Assembly (NCBI GenBank): GCA_964554665.1
Contig: CAZKPP010000003.1
Location: 5,194 to 69,193, forward strand
Direction: 5' to 3'
Source: an uncultured Bacteroides sp.
Lineage (GTDB): Bacteria > Bacteroidota > Bacteroidia > Bacteroidales > Muribaculaceae
Length of the DNA stretch: 64,000 bases
The notes below the pieces were generated by a model. That model saw only the letters and a program-made list of their open reading frames with translations, did no database searches and had not been told where the DNA came from. Every line of letters starts with the position of its first letter. The stretch's first letter is position 1. A program made the translations under genes and the position numbers. Shown one piece after another: positions 20,483-30,115 of this stretch.

Positions 20483-23400
20483 TCAATGAACCACGAACTG
20501 AACTTTCTGTGTAGCCGATGCTGCGGAATTGGAGCGTACCTGAACGAAAGCGCGGTATGCTCCGGCGTTGAGATTGGCCGTGTAGGCAGGTCCGGTGAAT
20601 ACCTCGTTGAGCACCAGGTCGCCATGGAGGTTCTCAACAATGAGACGGTGGGTGGCACTGTTGATTTCGGTTGCGATTTCAAAGTTTACGGTGCCTTCCT
20701 CAACTGCGGCCGACAGGGTAGCTTCCGGAGTGTTGTCGATCATGAAATAGAGGGTTTCTTCCGCCCAGTTATCGTCGGCGTCGAGAACGGCCAGATTTGC
20801 CTCGTGGTTGCCGAACTCGAGTTGCGAGGTGGTGTAGTTCATGCGGAACTTGCCGTTGCCAATGGGGGTAACAAGGTTGGAAACATTATCTTGAGCCTTT
20901 CCGTCGATGGTGAGTTTAACGGGGTTGACAAGAGCGTTGGAGTAGGCTATGCCGGCGGGCGATTCAATGGTGGCGGTCAGCGTTGCTTTGTGTTTGTGCG
21001 AAGCTGATGCTTCGGAGATTGCAACTTCAAACGATTCGATAAATACCGGCTGATTGGTGGTTGAGGCTGCGGTGCCTGCCTCTACAAAGTCAATGCCCTT
21101 AACGTAGCCGAGGCCGCGGTTGGTTGCGTCGGTGGAGTAGACGTAGGCCTGTATGCGGTGGTTGGCGGGGTTGGAGGTCGAAGGAGCGATTGCGTCAACC
21201 GAGAAGCGGCCGTTTTTGACATCGGCGGTTATCTGGCCGATAATCTCCTGGTCGATTTCCATGGAGGCGATGTAGCCGGGATTGTTCGACGGGTTGGTTT
21301 TGTTAACGTTGGCCTTTTCTTCGGGGGTGTCGTAGATGGTCAGCACGACGGTGCCGTTGAAGTTCGAGTCAAAGTTGCCGTTGAGGTCGGTTACGCGTCC
21401 CGAAATGGTTGTCGGGGCAATGAAGCTCATGCTGTTGTTGGCAATCGGGTCGATTTCAACGGCGTTTGTGGCACTGTAAACAGGCATCATCGGGTCACCG
21501 ATGTAGTTATAGTTCAGAGTGTTGCAGATAGACTTGCGATATGACGCCATGCGGTCGTTGAAGCGCCATACGGCATCGCACCATACTTTGCCGAAGGGGG
21601 TGTTGTTTTCGGCAACATCCATGCAATAGGCAATTTCGCGGCCCAGCTCGGTGTTGTTTTCAGGGAACACTTCGCGGCCGGAACCGATAACGCCTACGGG
21701 GCCACCGTTGGGGTTGCTAAGCAGGTTGCCCGAAAGAGTTTTGGTGTAGATGTCGACGGCTGCTACGTGACACGATGCAAAATACATGAACGGAGTGTGG
21801 GCCGGGCCCTTGACGTCGAGCGACGACTGCAGGTTCAGCATCGGGTCGCGGGCAGTGGTGGAGCCGGAGATGCCGGTGGCGGTGCCGTGTCCGAAGAAGG
21901 CATAGAATTGTGCGCCGCGGGCCAGGGTGCTGTTCTGAATCTTGCGGGTGATAACATTGTTGTCGGCCGAGAAGAGGTTTGAAGCGCAGCGGTTAATGGT
22001 AATCGTGGTGCCGTGCTTTTCGGTGTTCATGGCCTCAAGCATCTGCTCGCCGTCGCTCATGTGGGTGCGCGACTTTTCGGTGGGCGTCGAATAGTCTGAA
22101 GCAACGATAATGTTGCCCAGAGCGGGATAGGTGGGCAGATTGGTGAGGTAGTATTCAGCCTTTTTATAATAGTCGTTGATTTCCGATGCGTCTTTGAAGG
22201 GCAGACGGCCTACGCCGGCAATCGGCGGGTTGGAGAATACGCAGAAGGTGCTGTGGCGCTCAAGCCAGGGGTTTGAGGTCTTGGGCTCGCCGGCCGACAC
22301 AAAGTAAACGTCTGATGAGTAGTTGGTGGTTATGTTTCGGGCCAGGCTCGGTTCCTCGCACTGAGCGGTAACAACGTAGGGCATGTTGTCGCCCACAAGG
22401 TCTTTATTGTTAAAGGTGGCGGGGCCGAGCAGGAGCACGCCGCGCAGCTTCGAGCCGTTGCGTTCGTTAAGATGAGTAACAAAGCGGCGAACAGCTTCGG
22501 GCGATGTGTTGCCTGAGCCGTATTCGTTGAAAATCTTTGCCTGGTCAACAACGGCAACTTCCAGTCCCTGAACGCGTTCGTGGAAGTCTGCAATCTGATA
22601 TGCGCTGTTGAGCAGCGGAGTGGAGGTTACGATCAGCATGTCGGGTACCTGCATGGAGTGGAGGTTCTGGTTGGCGACATGGCCGATAATTTCGGGCGAG
22701 GGTTGCTCGGCGGTAACGTCGAAGGCAACCACTTCGTTGGCATAGCCGGAGGCTACGGCAGGCAGGGTGCCATAGAATTTGTCGTCGCTCTGGTTGAGGG
22801 CGATTTCCTTGATTTCAGAGGGGTTGGTAACGTTCCAGACTTTCCAGTTCTTGTTGTCGATACCCGAAAGTTCGAAAGTTGCGGCCTTGGTTTCGTTAAG
22901 GAAGTACATCATTGACTGCGGACGCACGCCAACGTTGTTCGACCTGTTGTATTTAACAAAGAAGAAGTCGAGAGCACAGGGTTTCTGCTGGTTGCCGTTT
23001 TCGGGAATTTTAAAGGTTACGGTGTGGGTCTGCGACTCGGTGGTCATCGGCATGGTGAATTCCTGGGAGCGGAATTCGGGGGTGAGGACTTCTTTTTGGA
23101 GCAGCAGGTTGGGCTTGGAGCCGTCGGACGAAATGTTTTCGATGCCTTCCGAGAAGTAGGCCACCATGGTGTTGGCAACGTCTGTGTTTGACGGTGCCAT
23201 GTAGGCGCCGAACAGCAGCGTAGCGTCGGGCGAAGCCAGATGGCTCACCGTAAACGGATGTGTAACGCCGTTGGTTTTGGTAATGGTTGCGGGTTCCAGG
23301 AATATTGTGCCGGCCTCGGTGAGCGAGGTGGCGTCGTCTTCGTGGTAGTAAACGGCCTTGTGGCTGGTAAGCGCGCCGTCGGTAGATTTCGGAGCGGCTA

Positions 23401-23851
23401 TGGTCGAAAACGAAGCCGGGCCGGAGTGCACATCGGAGATAAAATATGTGGCGCCGATGCTGTTGATGTGGCGCAGACGCTTGGCGGCATCGTTGGCGGT
23501 AAACTTGGTGCGCCAGGCTTCGGGGTTGAAGTCGTAGTTGTCGGCCAGGTAAAATACAATTTTCTGTTGCTCGGGAATGTTGACGGTGTGAATCGGCTTG
23601 AGGTCGCCGGGAATAACGTTAAACGAGCAACTTACGAGCAGGCTCGGCGCATAACCGAAAACTTTAACTGCCGCGGGGTCGGAATATCCGAGTTGTTTGA
23701 GTTCATCGTAGGTGAGCTGATAAACGCCGTCGGACATTACACGAATCTTTGTCCAATTACCCTCCGACATAATCGAAGTCGCCGGCATATTGGAGGCAGA
23801 TGCGCAGAGTCCGAGAGTCAGACAGCAGGCCAGGTATAGTGCTTTTTTCAT
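20483..23851 (-). CDS. porU: peptidase C25 family protein, probable T9SS sortase PorU
   Basis: 1122 aa. N-terminus SEGNWTKIRVMSDGVYQLTYDELKQLGYSDPAAVKVFGY matches the usual PorU opening. Candidate C25 His/Cys dyad FFGHGTATG and YFASCHVAA. Beta-sandwich-like C-terminus. Confidence 0.65.
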   Translation of the reverse strand: MKKALYLACCLTLGLCASASNMPATSIMSEGNWTKIRVMSDGVYQLTYDELKQLGYSDPAAVKVFGYAPSLLVSCSFNVIPGDLKPIHTVNIPEQQKIVFYLADNYDFNPEAWRTKFTANDAAKRLRHINSIGATYFISDVHSGPASFSTIAAPKSTDGALTSHKAVYYHEDDATSLTEAGTIFLEPATITKTNGVTHPFTVSHLASPDATLLFGAYMAPSNTDVANTMVAYFSEGIENISSDGSKPNLLLQKEVLTPEFRSQEFTMPMTTESQTHTVTFKIPENGNQQKPCALDFFFVKYNRSNNVGVRPQSMMYFLNETKAATFELSGIDNKNWKVWNVTNPSEIKEIALNQSDDKFYGTLPAVASGYANEVVAFDVTAEQPSPEIIGHVANQNLHSMQVPDMLIVTSTPLLNSAYQIADFHERVQGLEVAVVDQAKIFNEYGSGNTSPEAVRRFVTHLNERNGSKLRGVLLLGPATFNNKDLVGDNMPYVVTAQCEEPSLARNITTNYSSDVYFVSAGEPKTSNPWLERHSTFCVFSNPPIAGVGRLPFKDASEINDYYKKAEYYLTNLPTYPALGNIIVASDYSTPTEKSRTHMSDGEQMLEAMNTEKHGTTITINRCASNLFSADNNVITRKIQNSTLARGAQFYAFFGHGTATGISGSTTARDPMLNLQSSLDVKGPAHTPFMYFASCHVAAVDIYTKTLSGNLLSNPNGGPVGVIGSGREVFPENNTELGREIAYCMDVAENNTPFGKVWCDAVWRFNDRMASYRKSICNTLNYNYIGDPMMPVYSATNAVEIDPIANNSMSFIAPTTISGRVTDLNGNFDSNFNGTVVLTIYDTPEEKANVNKTNPSNNPGYIASMEIDQEIIGQITADVKNGRFSVDAIAPSTSNPANHRIQAYVYSTDATNRGLGYVKGIDFVEAGTAASTTNQPVFIESFEVAISEASASHKHKATLTATIESPAGIAYSNALVNPVKLTIDGKAQDNVSNLVTPIGNGKFRMNYTTSQLEFGNHEANLAVLDADDNWAEETLYFMIDNTPEATLSAAVEEGTVNFEIATEINSATHRLIVENLHGDLVLNEVFTGPAYTANLNAGAYRAFVQVRSNSAASATQKVQFVVH

Positions 23852-23878
23852 GAGGCGAAAGATATGTAAAGTGATTGG

Positions 23879-24334
23879 CTATTTAATATTAAAGTTTAAA
23901 ACTTCTTCGTTGTTGAGTGTATTTGCTATGTGTTGGTTTATATTTATCGGTGTTGCAGGGTCGGGGAGAGTGTAAGCTATAATATCGCCGGTTTTCATTG
24001 TTGACCATGCTGAGGTTTTTGCGAGCAAGTCGGCCGCTCGGTCGGGCAGCTGCTCTATGGGCAGCCATTTTCCGCATACCACTGCGCCGTCCATAAAGTC
24101 GAGGCAGTCGAATCTGTCGGCCTCGGGCACCCAAATCAGGGTCATGGCGTCGAAATGGCGCGGGGCGAACTTCGGCGGCACGTTTTTGCCGAGTTTGCCA
24201 ACCCTGAAGCCGAGCGCAAACCGTCCCCGCCAGTTTTCGCCGCTGTCGGGCAAAAACCAAGGCTGAAGGTTACGGCCGATTGCCGAATCGGCAATCAGAC
24301 GCAGTGTGTTATCGGTTTCCAGCAGGAGTTTCAA
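23879..24334 (-). CDS. hypothetical protein, weak resemblance to the C-terminal half of the fumarylacetoacetate hydrolase (FAH) fold
   Basis: 151 aa with a TTG start at 24334. Segments GFRVGKLGKNV and MKTGDIIAYTLPDP resemble FAH-family blocks. A -7 box lies 28 nt upstream. Confidence 0.4.
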   Translation of the reverse strand: MKLLLETDNTLRLIADSAIGRNLQPWFLPDSGENWRGRFALGFRVGKLGKNVPPKFAPRHFDAMTLIWVPEADRFDCLDFMDGAVVCGKWLPIEQLPDRAADLLAKTSAWSTMKTGDIIAYTLPDPATPININQHIANTLNNEEVLNFNIK

Positions 24335-24361
24335 TTCTTTTTACCGTAGGTATATATAGCG

Positions 24362-24369
24362 CAAAATTA
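24362..24369 (-). promoter_or_regulatory. -7 promoter box (TAATTTTG on minus strand)
   Basis: Plus-strand caaaatta, upstream of the start at 24334. Confidence 0.45.
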
Positions 24370-24393
24370 CGAAAAAAATTGCAAATACGCAAC

Positions 24394-25404
24394 TTATTTG
24401 TATTTATTCACAATCGGAGTCTCAAAATATTTCTTGCTCAGCCATGCCAGAGCGGCGAGTAAAGGTATGGAAATGCAGTATTCAAGGCCAAGTGGCAAGT
24501 GGATGTTGAAAAAGTCTAAAATGGCGCGTGAGCCGTGAATCCACGGGTAGTGGAGAATATAGAAACCGAAAGAAACGTTGCCTAAGGCAAGGAGCGGCTT
24601 GGAGTGGAGAACGCGGGTGGTCAGGCAGTTGGTGTTTTCAATTGCAGTCAGAATCAGCAGCAGCGCGAAAACCGACGGCCACCAGTAGGAGCTTAAGGTG
24701 AACCTGGGCGAAACCGAGGGCGCGAGCATCAGCAGCGCGAACATTGCCGCGAGGATGCCGATAACTGCCAGGTCGGCCACGACGGGCGATTTTATGGAAA
24801 CTTTGCGATAGTGGCAAACGAATGCCAACACTATTCCGCACAGATATGTTGCGAACTGCATGGGCGGAAAAATATAGATCATTCCGTGCACATAGGGCTC
24901 CGGCACGTAGATCGTGACCAGAAAGTAGCATATCAGATACGAGGCCATGAACGCCGCAAAAGCTCGCGGCTTATTGTATGCGAGCCGGAAGGTTGGCAGA
25001 AACGCCAGGTAGCAGAACATTATGGAGCTGATGAACCATGTTGGCGGATTGCCGGAGAAGTAGTAAGTAATGTTCGGAATCCAGCTCTGAATCATAAGAA
25101 TGTCAGCCACTGTGGGCTTAATACCTTGACGAAATCCGTTGACGGCCAGGGCAAGAAACAGGCCCACAAGGTAGAGAGGGTAGAGCTGAACCAGTCGTCG
25201 CCACATAAATCGGCCCGGTTTTGGCAAATCGTTTCTTTCGGCGCGGCGCAGAAACGACAGGGTAAACACAAAGGCGCTGAGCATCATAAAGCCGGCAATC
25301 CTTATGTCGCCGGAATTAGAGAGCAACCGGCTGTTAAACCCGAAATGTGCTGCTAAAACTGCTATGGCCAGCAAGCCTCGGAGCGATTGAAGATTGTAAA
25401 TCAT
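24394..25404 (-). CDS. acyltransferase family 3 (membrane O-acyltransferase)
   Basis: 336 aa from the ATG at 25404 (MIYNLQSLRGLLAIAVLAAHF). About 10 helices. The track start at 25416 is a TTG lying inside a -7 box (caaagtta 25414..25421), so the ATG with a very short leader is preferred. Confidence 0.75.
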   Translation of the reverse strand: MIYNLQSLRGLLAIAVLAAHFGFNSRLLSNSGDIRIAGFMMLSAFVFTLSFLRRAERNDLPKPGRFMWRRLVQLYPLYLVGLFLALAVNGFRQGIKPTVADILMIQSWIPNITYYFSGNPPTWFISSIMFCYLAFLPTFRLAYNKPRAFAAFMASYLICYFLVTIYVPEPYVHGMIYIFPPMQFATYLCGIVLAFVCHYRKVSIKSPVVADLAVIGILAAMFALLMLAPSVSPRFTLSSYWWPSVFALLLILTAIENTNCLTTRVLHSKPLLALGNVSFGFYILHYPWIHGSRAILDFFNIHLPLGLEYCISIPLLAALAWLSKKYFETPIVNKYK

Positions 25405-25463
25405 TTCAAGGCGCAAAGTTACAAAAAAAATGTTGTTAAGCGATGATTTTCGGAAAATTTTCG

Positions 25464-25471
25464 TAAATTTG
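25464..25471 (+). promoter_or_regulatory. -7 promoter box TAAATTTG for gyrB
   Basis: Exact TAnnTTTG, 23 nt upstream of the ATG at 25494. Confidence 0.5.
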
Positions 25472-25493
25472 CAGTCAGAAACAATTCGATTTT

Positions 25494-27452
25494 ATGATAG
25501 AAGAAGAAAAAGCAGGCGCCGACTACGGCGCAAGTTCCATCCAGGTTCTGGAAGGTCTTGAGGCAGTGCGCAAACGCCCTGCAATGTATATCGGCGACAT
25601 TTCGGCCAAAGGTCTCCACCATTTGGTATATGAAGTTGTTGATAACTCAATAGACGAAGCCCTGGCAGGTTATGCAACCAATATCGACGTGGTTATCAAC
25701 GAAGATAACTCGATAACCGTTGTCGACAACGGCCGCGGTATTCCTGTTGACATGCACGAAAAAGAGAAAAAGAGCGCCCTTGAGGTTGTTCTGACCGTTC
25801 TGCATGCCGGCGGTAAATTCAATAAAGATTCATATAAGGTTTCGGGCGGTCTGCACGGCGTAGGCGTAAGCTGCGTAAACGCGCTGTCAACCTATCTGCG
25901 CGCCGAGGTTCGCCGCAACGGCAAGGTTTACATGCAGGAATACTCCTGCGGTAAACCCACGTCGGAACTCACCGTAATCGGCGAGAGCGAAACCACCGGT
26001 ACGACCGTAACCTTCAAGCCTGACGGCTCGATATTTGTTGAAACCGTTTATAACTACGACACTCTGGCCAACCGTCTGCGCGACCTGGCTTTCCTCAATG
26101 CCGGCATAACCCTGACGCTGACCGACAAACGCGAACGCGACGCCGATGGCAACGCCCGCACCGAAACCTTCTATTCCGAGGCAGGTCTGGAAGACTTCGT
26201 GCGCTATATCGACGCCAAGCGCACTCCGCTGATTGAGCATGTTATTCACCTCAACACCGAACGCCAGGGCATTCCAGTTGAAGTAGCGCTGACCTATAAC
26301 ACCGACTACAACGAAAATATCTATTCCTTCGTAAACAATATCAACACCTACGAAGGCGGTACGCACCTGACCGGTTTCAAACGCGCAGTAGGCTTCACCA
26401 TCAAGAAGTATGCCGAGGACAACAAGATGCTCGAAAAGCTTGCTAAAGACAAAATCGAGCTGACCTCGGGCGACTATATGCAGGGCCTCACCGCCGTGAT
26501 TTCGGTTAAGGTTATGGAACCGCAGTTTGAGGGCCAGACCAAAACCAAACTCGGCAACAACGAGGTTATCGGCGCCGTGCAAACCGCAGTGGCCGAAGCT
26601 ATGCGCGACTACCTTGAGGAACACCCCAAGGAAGCCAAAATCATTACCGACAAGATTATTCTTTCGGCAACCGCGCGCCATGCAGCACTGAAGGCCCGCA
26701 CCGAAGTGTTGCGCAAATCGCCCCTCGGCGGCGCCGGTCTGCCCGGCAAGCTGGCCGACTGCTCAAGCCGCATTGCCGAAGATTGCGAACTCTTCATTGT
26801 CGAAGGTGACTCGGCAGGCGGCTCCGCCAAAAAGGCCCGCGACCGCCACACGCAGGCTATTCTGCCTATCCGCGGCAAAATCCTCAACGTTGAAAAAGCT
26901 TCGAAGACCAAGATTTTTGAAAACCAGGAAATCACCGCCCTCTATCGCGCGCTGCGCGTAGTCCCCAGCCAGGAAGAAGGTAAGGAAGACGACGTTGATA
27001 TCAGCAAAATCGCTTATCATAAGATTATCATAATGACCGATGCCGATGTCGATGGCTCTCACATCGACACTCTGCTGATGACCTTCTTCTTCCGCCGCAT
27101 GCGTTCGGTGATCGACAACGGTTACCTCTACATCGCCTCGTCGCCGCTCTATAAAGTAAGCCTCAAGAATGGCAAGCGCGCCGAATATTGCTGGGATGAC
27201 CGCCAGCTGCGCGAAGCCATCGAGTCGATGGGCCCCGGCGCTATGGTTCAACGCTACAAAGGTTTGGGCGAAATGGACTATAAGGAACTGAAGGAAACCA
27301 CCATGGACCCCGAAAACCGTATCCTCAAGCAGGTGAATATTTCGGATGCCATTGAGGCCGACCGCGTGTTCTCCATGCTCATGGGCGAGGACGTTTCGAT
27401 TCGTCGCGATTTCATCGAAGCGAATGCCGCCTACGCCAATATCGACGCATAA
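25494..27452 (+). CDS. gyrB: DNA gyrase subunit B
   Basis: 652 aa. YGASSIQVLEGLEAVRKRPAMYIGD, GHKL ATPase, Toprim EGDSAGGSAK, PLRGK-like LPIRGKILNVE. Length and N-terminus favour GyrB over ParE. Confidence 0.88.
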   Translation: MIEEEKAGADYGASSIQVLEGLEAVRKRPAMYIGDISAKGLHHLVYEVVDNSIDEALAGYATNIDVVINEDNSITVVDNGRGIPVDMHEKEKKSALEVVLTVLHAGGKFNKDSYKVSGGLHGVGVSCVNALSTYLRAEVRRNGKVYMQEYSCGKPTSELTVIGESETTGTTVTFKPDGSIFVETVYNYDTLANRLRDLAFLNAGITLTLTDKRERDADGNARTETFYSEAGLEDFVRYIDAKRTPLIEHVIHLNTERQGIPVEVALTYNTDYNENIYSFVNNINTYEGGTHLTGFKRAVGFTIKKYAEDNKMLEKLAKDKIELTSGDYMQGLTAVISVKVMEPQFEGQTKTKLGNNEVIGAVQTAVAEAMRDYLEEHPKEAKIITDKIILSATARHAALKARTEVLRKSPLGGAGLPGKLADCSSRIAEDCELFIVEGDSAGGSAKKARDRHTQAILPIRGKILNVEKASKTKIFENQEITALYRALRVVPSQEEGKEDDVDISKIAYHKIIIMTDADVDGSHIDTLLMTFFFRRMRSVIDNGYLYIASSPLYKVSLKNGKRAEYCWDDRQLREAIESMGPGAMVQRYKGLGEMDYKELKETTMDPENRILKQVNISDAIEADRVFSMLMGEDVSIRRDFIEANAAYANIDA

Positions 27453-27472
27453 AATCTAACGTTGCATTCATC

Positions 27473-27515
27473 TTGAGCCTGTCGCCGACAACAAAGCGGC
27501 AGGCTCAATTGTTAA
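27473..27515 (+). terminator. hairpin after gyrB
   Basis: 13-bp stem ttgagcctgtcgc (27473..27485) pairs with gcggcaggctcaa (27497..27509) with one G-U pair, followed by a weak T tract ttgtt. Confidence 0.45.
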
Positions 27516-27524
27516 AATAATGTT

Positions 27525-29735
27525 ATGAATACTCCCTCAAAGCCAAAACGCGGCGAACAGAAACTCTTTGAGCAAATCGCCGAATTTATTAAACAGCAAA
27601 AGAACAACACGTTCAACTATAAGCAGGTTTCGGCTGCCATAGGTGCCAAGACCGGGCCGAAGCAGCGCGATGTTGCCATGCGCCTCTATGAACTCTCGCT
27701 CGACGGCGAAATCATTGAGGTTGCCCCCGGCAAGTATAAAGCCCCGAACCGCAGCAACTACATGACCGGCACATTCGTGCGCCGCAGCAACGGCAAGAAT
27801 GCCGTGGTAACCGACGAAGATGGCGAAAGCATATTCGTTGCCGAGCGCAACTCCATGCACGCCCTCAACGGCGACAAGGTGCGCGTAATGGTTTCCGCCG
27901 CCCGTCGCGGCGCTGAACCTGAAGCCGAAGTGGTTGAAATCACTGAAAAGAAAGATCAGACGTTTATCGGCGTTCTTACGGTTGAACGCGGATATGCCCT
28001 GTTGTCTACCGACTCCAAGTTCCTTGCCACCGATATTTTTATTCCCAAAGACAAACTGCGCGGCGGCAAGTCGGGCGACAAGGTTGTTGCGCGCATAACC
28101 TCATGGCCCGAACATGCCAATATGCCGAAGGGCGAGGTTGTTGACGTGCTCGGCAAATCGGGCGAGAACAACACCGAAATCCATGCCATACTTGCCGAAT
28201 TTGGCTTGCCATATGCTTATCCCGAGCAGGTTGAGCGTGCCGCAAAGCGCATAGGCCCCGGAATAACACCGGAGGAAATTGCGCGCCGCGAGGACTATCG
28301 CGATGTGCTCACAGTTACCATCGACCCGAAGGATGCCAAGGACTTCGACGACGCTATTTCAATTAAAAAGCTGGGCAACGGCCACTACGAAGTGGGTGTG
28401 CATATCGCCGACGTTACCCACTACGTTCAGCCCGACACCGCGCTCGACAAGGAGGCCTACAAGCGCGCAACGTCGGTTTATCTGGTAGACCGCGTAGTGC
28501 CGATGCTGCCCGAGCATCTTTCAAACGGCGTCTGCTCGTTGCGCCCCAACGAAGAAAAGCTCGCTTTCAGCTGCATTTTTGAGATGGACGACAACGGCAA
28601 CGTCTATAACCACAGAATTGGCAGAACCGTTATCTGCTCCAATCGCCGATATGCCTACGAAGAGGCCCAGGAAGTGATTGAAACCGGCCAGGGCGACTAC
28701 GCCGAAGAGATTCTTACGCTCGACAAGATTGCCAAGGCTCTGCGTGCCGAGCGTTTCAAAAAGGGCGCCATGGAATTTGACCGTCCCGAAGTGAAGTTCC
28801 ATCTCGACGAAGAGGGCAAGCCAACCGGCGTATATTATAAGGTATCGAAAGATGCCAACAAGCTCATCGAGGAACTGATGTTGCTCGCCAACGAAACTGT
28901 GGCCGAGGCTGTTGGTAAAGTCAGCGGCCACAAAAAGGCGAAGGCGTTCGTTTATCGTATTCATGACAAACCCGACGAACAGAAGCTCAGCGATTTGGCC
29001 AAGCTCGCTTCGTCGTTTGGCTACAAGGTTAAGACCAAGGGCACTCCCCGCGAAATCAACCGCTCGATTAACCGCATGTTGCTCGAAGTTAAGGGTAGGG
29101 GAGAGGAAAACCTGCTGTCTACCCTTGCTATCCGCTCGATGGCCAAGGCTGTGTATTCAACCGACAATATCGGCCACTACGGCTTGTGTTTCGACTATTA
29201 CACCCATTTTACCTCGCCTATTCGCCGCTATCCGGACATGATGGTTCACCGTCTGCTGGCCCGCTATCTCGACGGTGGCCGTTCGGCTTTGGTCGACAAG
29301 CTTTCCGAGCAGTGTGAACACTCATCGAAAATGGAGCAGACCGCAGTTAACGCCGAGCGCGCCTCGATTAAGTACAAGCAGGTGGAATTTATGCAAGACC
29401 GCCTCGGCGAAGAGTTTGCCGGCGTTATTACCGGCGTTACCGAGTGGGGTTTGTATGTTGAACTTACCGAAAATCTTTGTGAAGGTCTTATTCCTATCCG
29501 CGATTTAGGCGATGACTATTATGAACTCGACGAACGGAATTATAAACTCGTTGGCCGAGGCACAGGCCGCTCGTTCCGCCTGGGCGACGAAGTGGTTGTT
29601 AGAGTTGCGCGCACCGACCTTCAGCGCCGGCAACTTGACTTTGTGCTGGTGTCAGACAAAGGAAACGGCTTGCAGCGCGAACCGCAGAAACCGCGCAAGC
29701 GCGACCACAAGCACTCCGGCTCACGCCGCAAATAA
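27525..29735 (+). CDS. rnr: ribonuclease R
   Basis: 736 aa. Cold-shock-like N-terminal region, RNB domain (IDPKDAKDFDDAIS, HFTSPIRRYPD), S1 domain and a basic tail. Confidence 0.92.
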   Translation: MNTPSKPKRGEQKLFEQIAEFIKQQKNNTFNYKQVSAAIGAKTGPKQRDVAMRLYELSLDGEIIEVAPGKYKAPNRSNYMTGTFVRRSNGKNAVVTDEDGESIFVAERNSMHALNGDKVRVMVSAARRGAEPEAEVVEITEKKDQTFIGVLTVERGYALLSTDSKFLATDIFIPKDKLRGGKSGDKVVARITSWPEHANMPKGEVVDVLGKSGENNTEIHAILAEFGLPYAYPEQVERAAKRIGPGITPEEIARREDYRDVLTVTIDPKDAKDFDDAISIKKLGNGHYEVGVHIADVTHYVQPDTALDKEAYKRATSVYLVDRVVPMLPEHLSNGVCSLRPNEEKLAFSCIFEMDDNGNVYNHRIGRTVICSNRRYAYEEAQEVIETGQGDYAEEILTLDKIAKALRAERFKKGAMEFDRPEVKFHLDEEGKPTGVYYKVSKDANKLIEELMLLANETVAEAVGKVSGHKKAKAFVYRIHDKPDEQKLSDLAKLASSFGYKVKTKGTPREINRSINRMLLEVKGRGEENLLSTLAIRSMAKAVYSTDNIGHYGLCFDYYTHFTSPIRRYPDMMVHRLLARYLDGGRSALVDKLSEQCEHSSKMEQTAVNAERASIKYKQVEFMQDRLGEEFAGVITGVTEWGLYVELTENLCEGLIPIRDLGDDYYELDERNYKLVGRGTGRSFRLGDEVVVRVARTDLQRRQLDFVLVSDKGNGLQREPQKPRKRDHKHSGSRRK

Positions 29736-29936
29736 CATTTGATTTTCTTTTGACCATCCCTGCGTTGAATTGCGCAGTTGAATGGTAAGGAGCCCGTTAT
29801 ACTGGTGCAGCGACTGACGAAGGCGTTGCATCAGTTCCTTTATTGAGTGCAGACCCGAAAATGTGAGTTGGGCCAGCGAGCGACCCTGTTGTAGAACTGT
29901 TACGAAAATAATATCGGAGAAGTCTATTTTTGCCAT
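29721..29936 (-). CDS. small hypothetical protein (71 aa), or a short transcript convergent with the rnr 3' end
   Basis: ATG at 29936. A -7 box (plus-strand caaaggta 29961..29968) lies 25 nt upstream. No recognisable family. Overlaps the rnr stop region by 15 nt. Confidence 0.3.
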   Translation of the reverse strand: MAKIDFSDIIFVTVLQQGRSLAQLTFSGLHSIKELMQRLRQSLHQYNGLLTIQLRNSTQGWSKENQMLFAA

Positions 29937-30076
29937 AATCTTAAGTTGTTAATTTATAGTGCAAAGGTAGACCGGGCAGGGGAAATTGAATTTCCCAATG
30001 TTGTTAAAACGGCTTAAATATTTTCCTTTCGGTAGAAATCGCCGTGATATTTAGTGAAAATCCGTTAAAAAAGTCG

Positions 30077-30084
30077 TAACTTTG
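30077..30084 (+). promoter_or_regulatory. -7 promoter box TAACTTTG for the lipoprotein/barrel pair
   Basis: Exact TAnnTTTG, 32 nt upstream of the ATG at 30116. Confidence 0.5.
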
Positions 30085-30115
30085 CAAAAATTATATAATT
30101 AAACTAATCAACTAC

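Noticed and set aside
25494-27452. Considered topoisomerase IV subunit B (parE) as an alternative to gyrB.
   Set aside because: The 652-aa length and the N-terminal YGASSIQVLEGLEAVRKRPAMYIGD block fit GyrB better than the shorter ParE, which has a different opening. Not decisive without a search.
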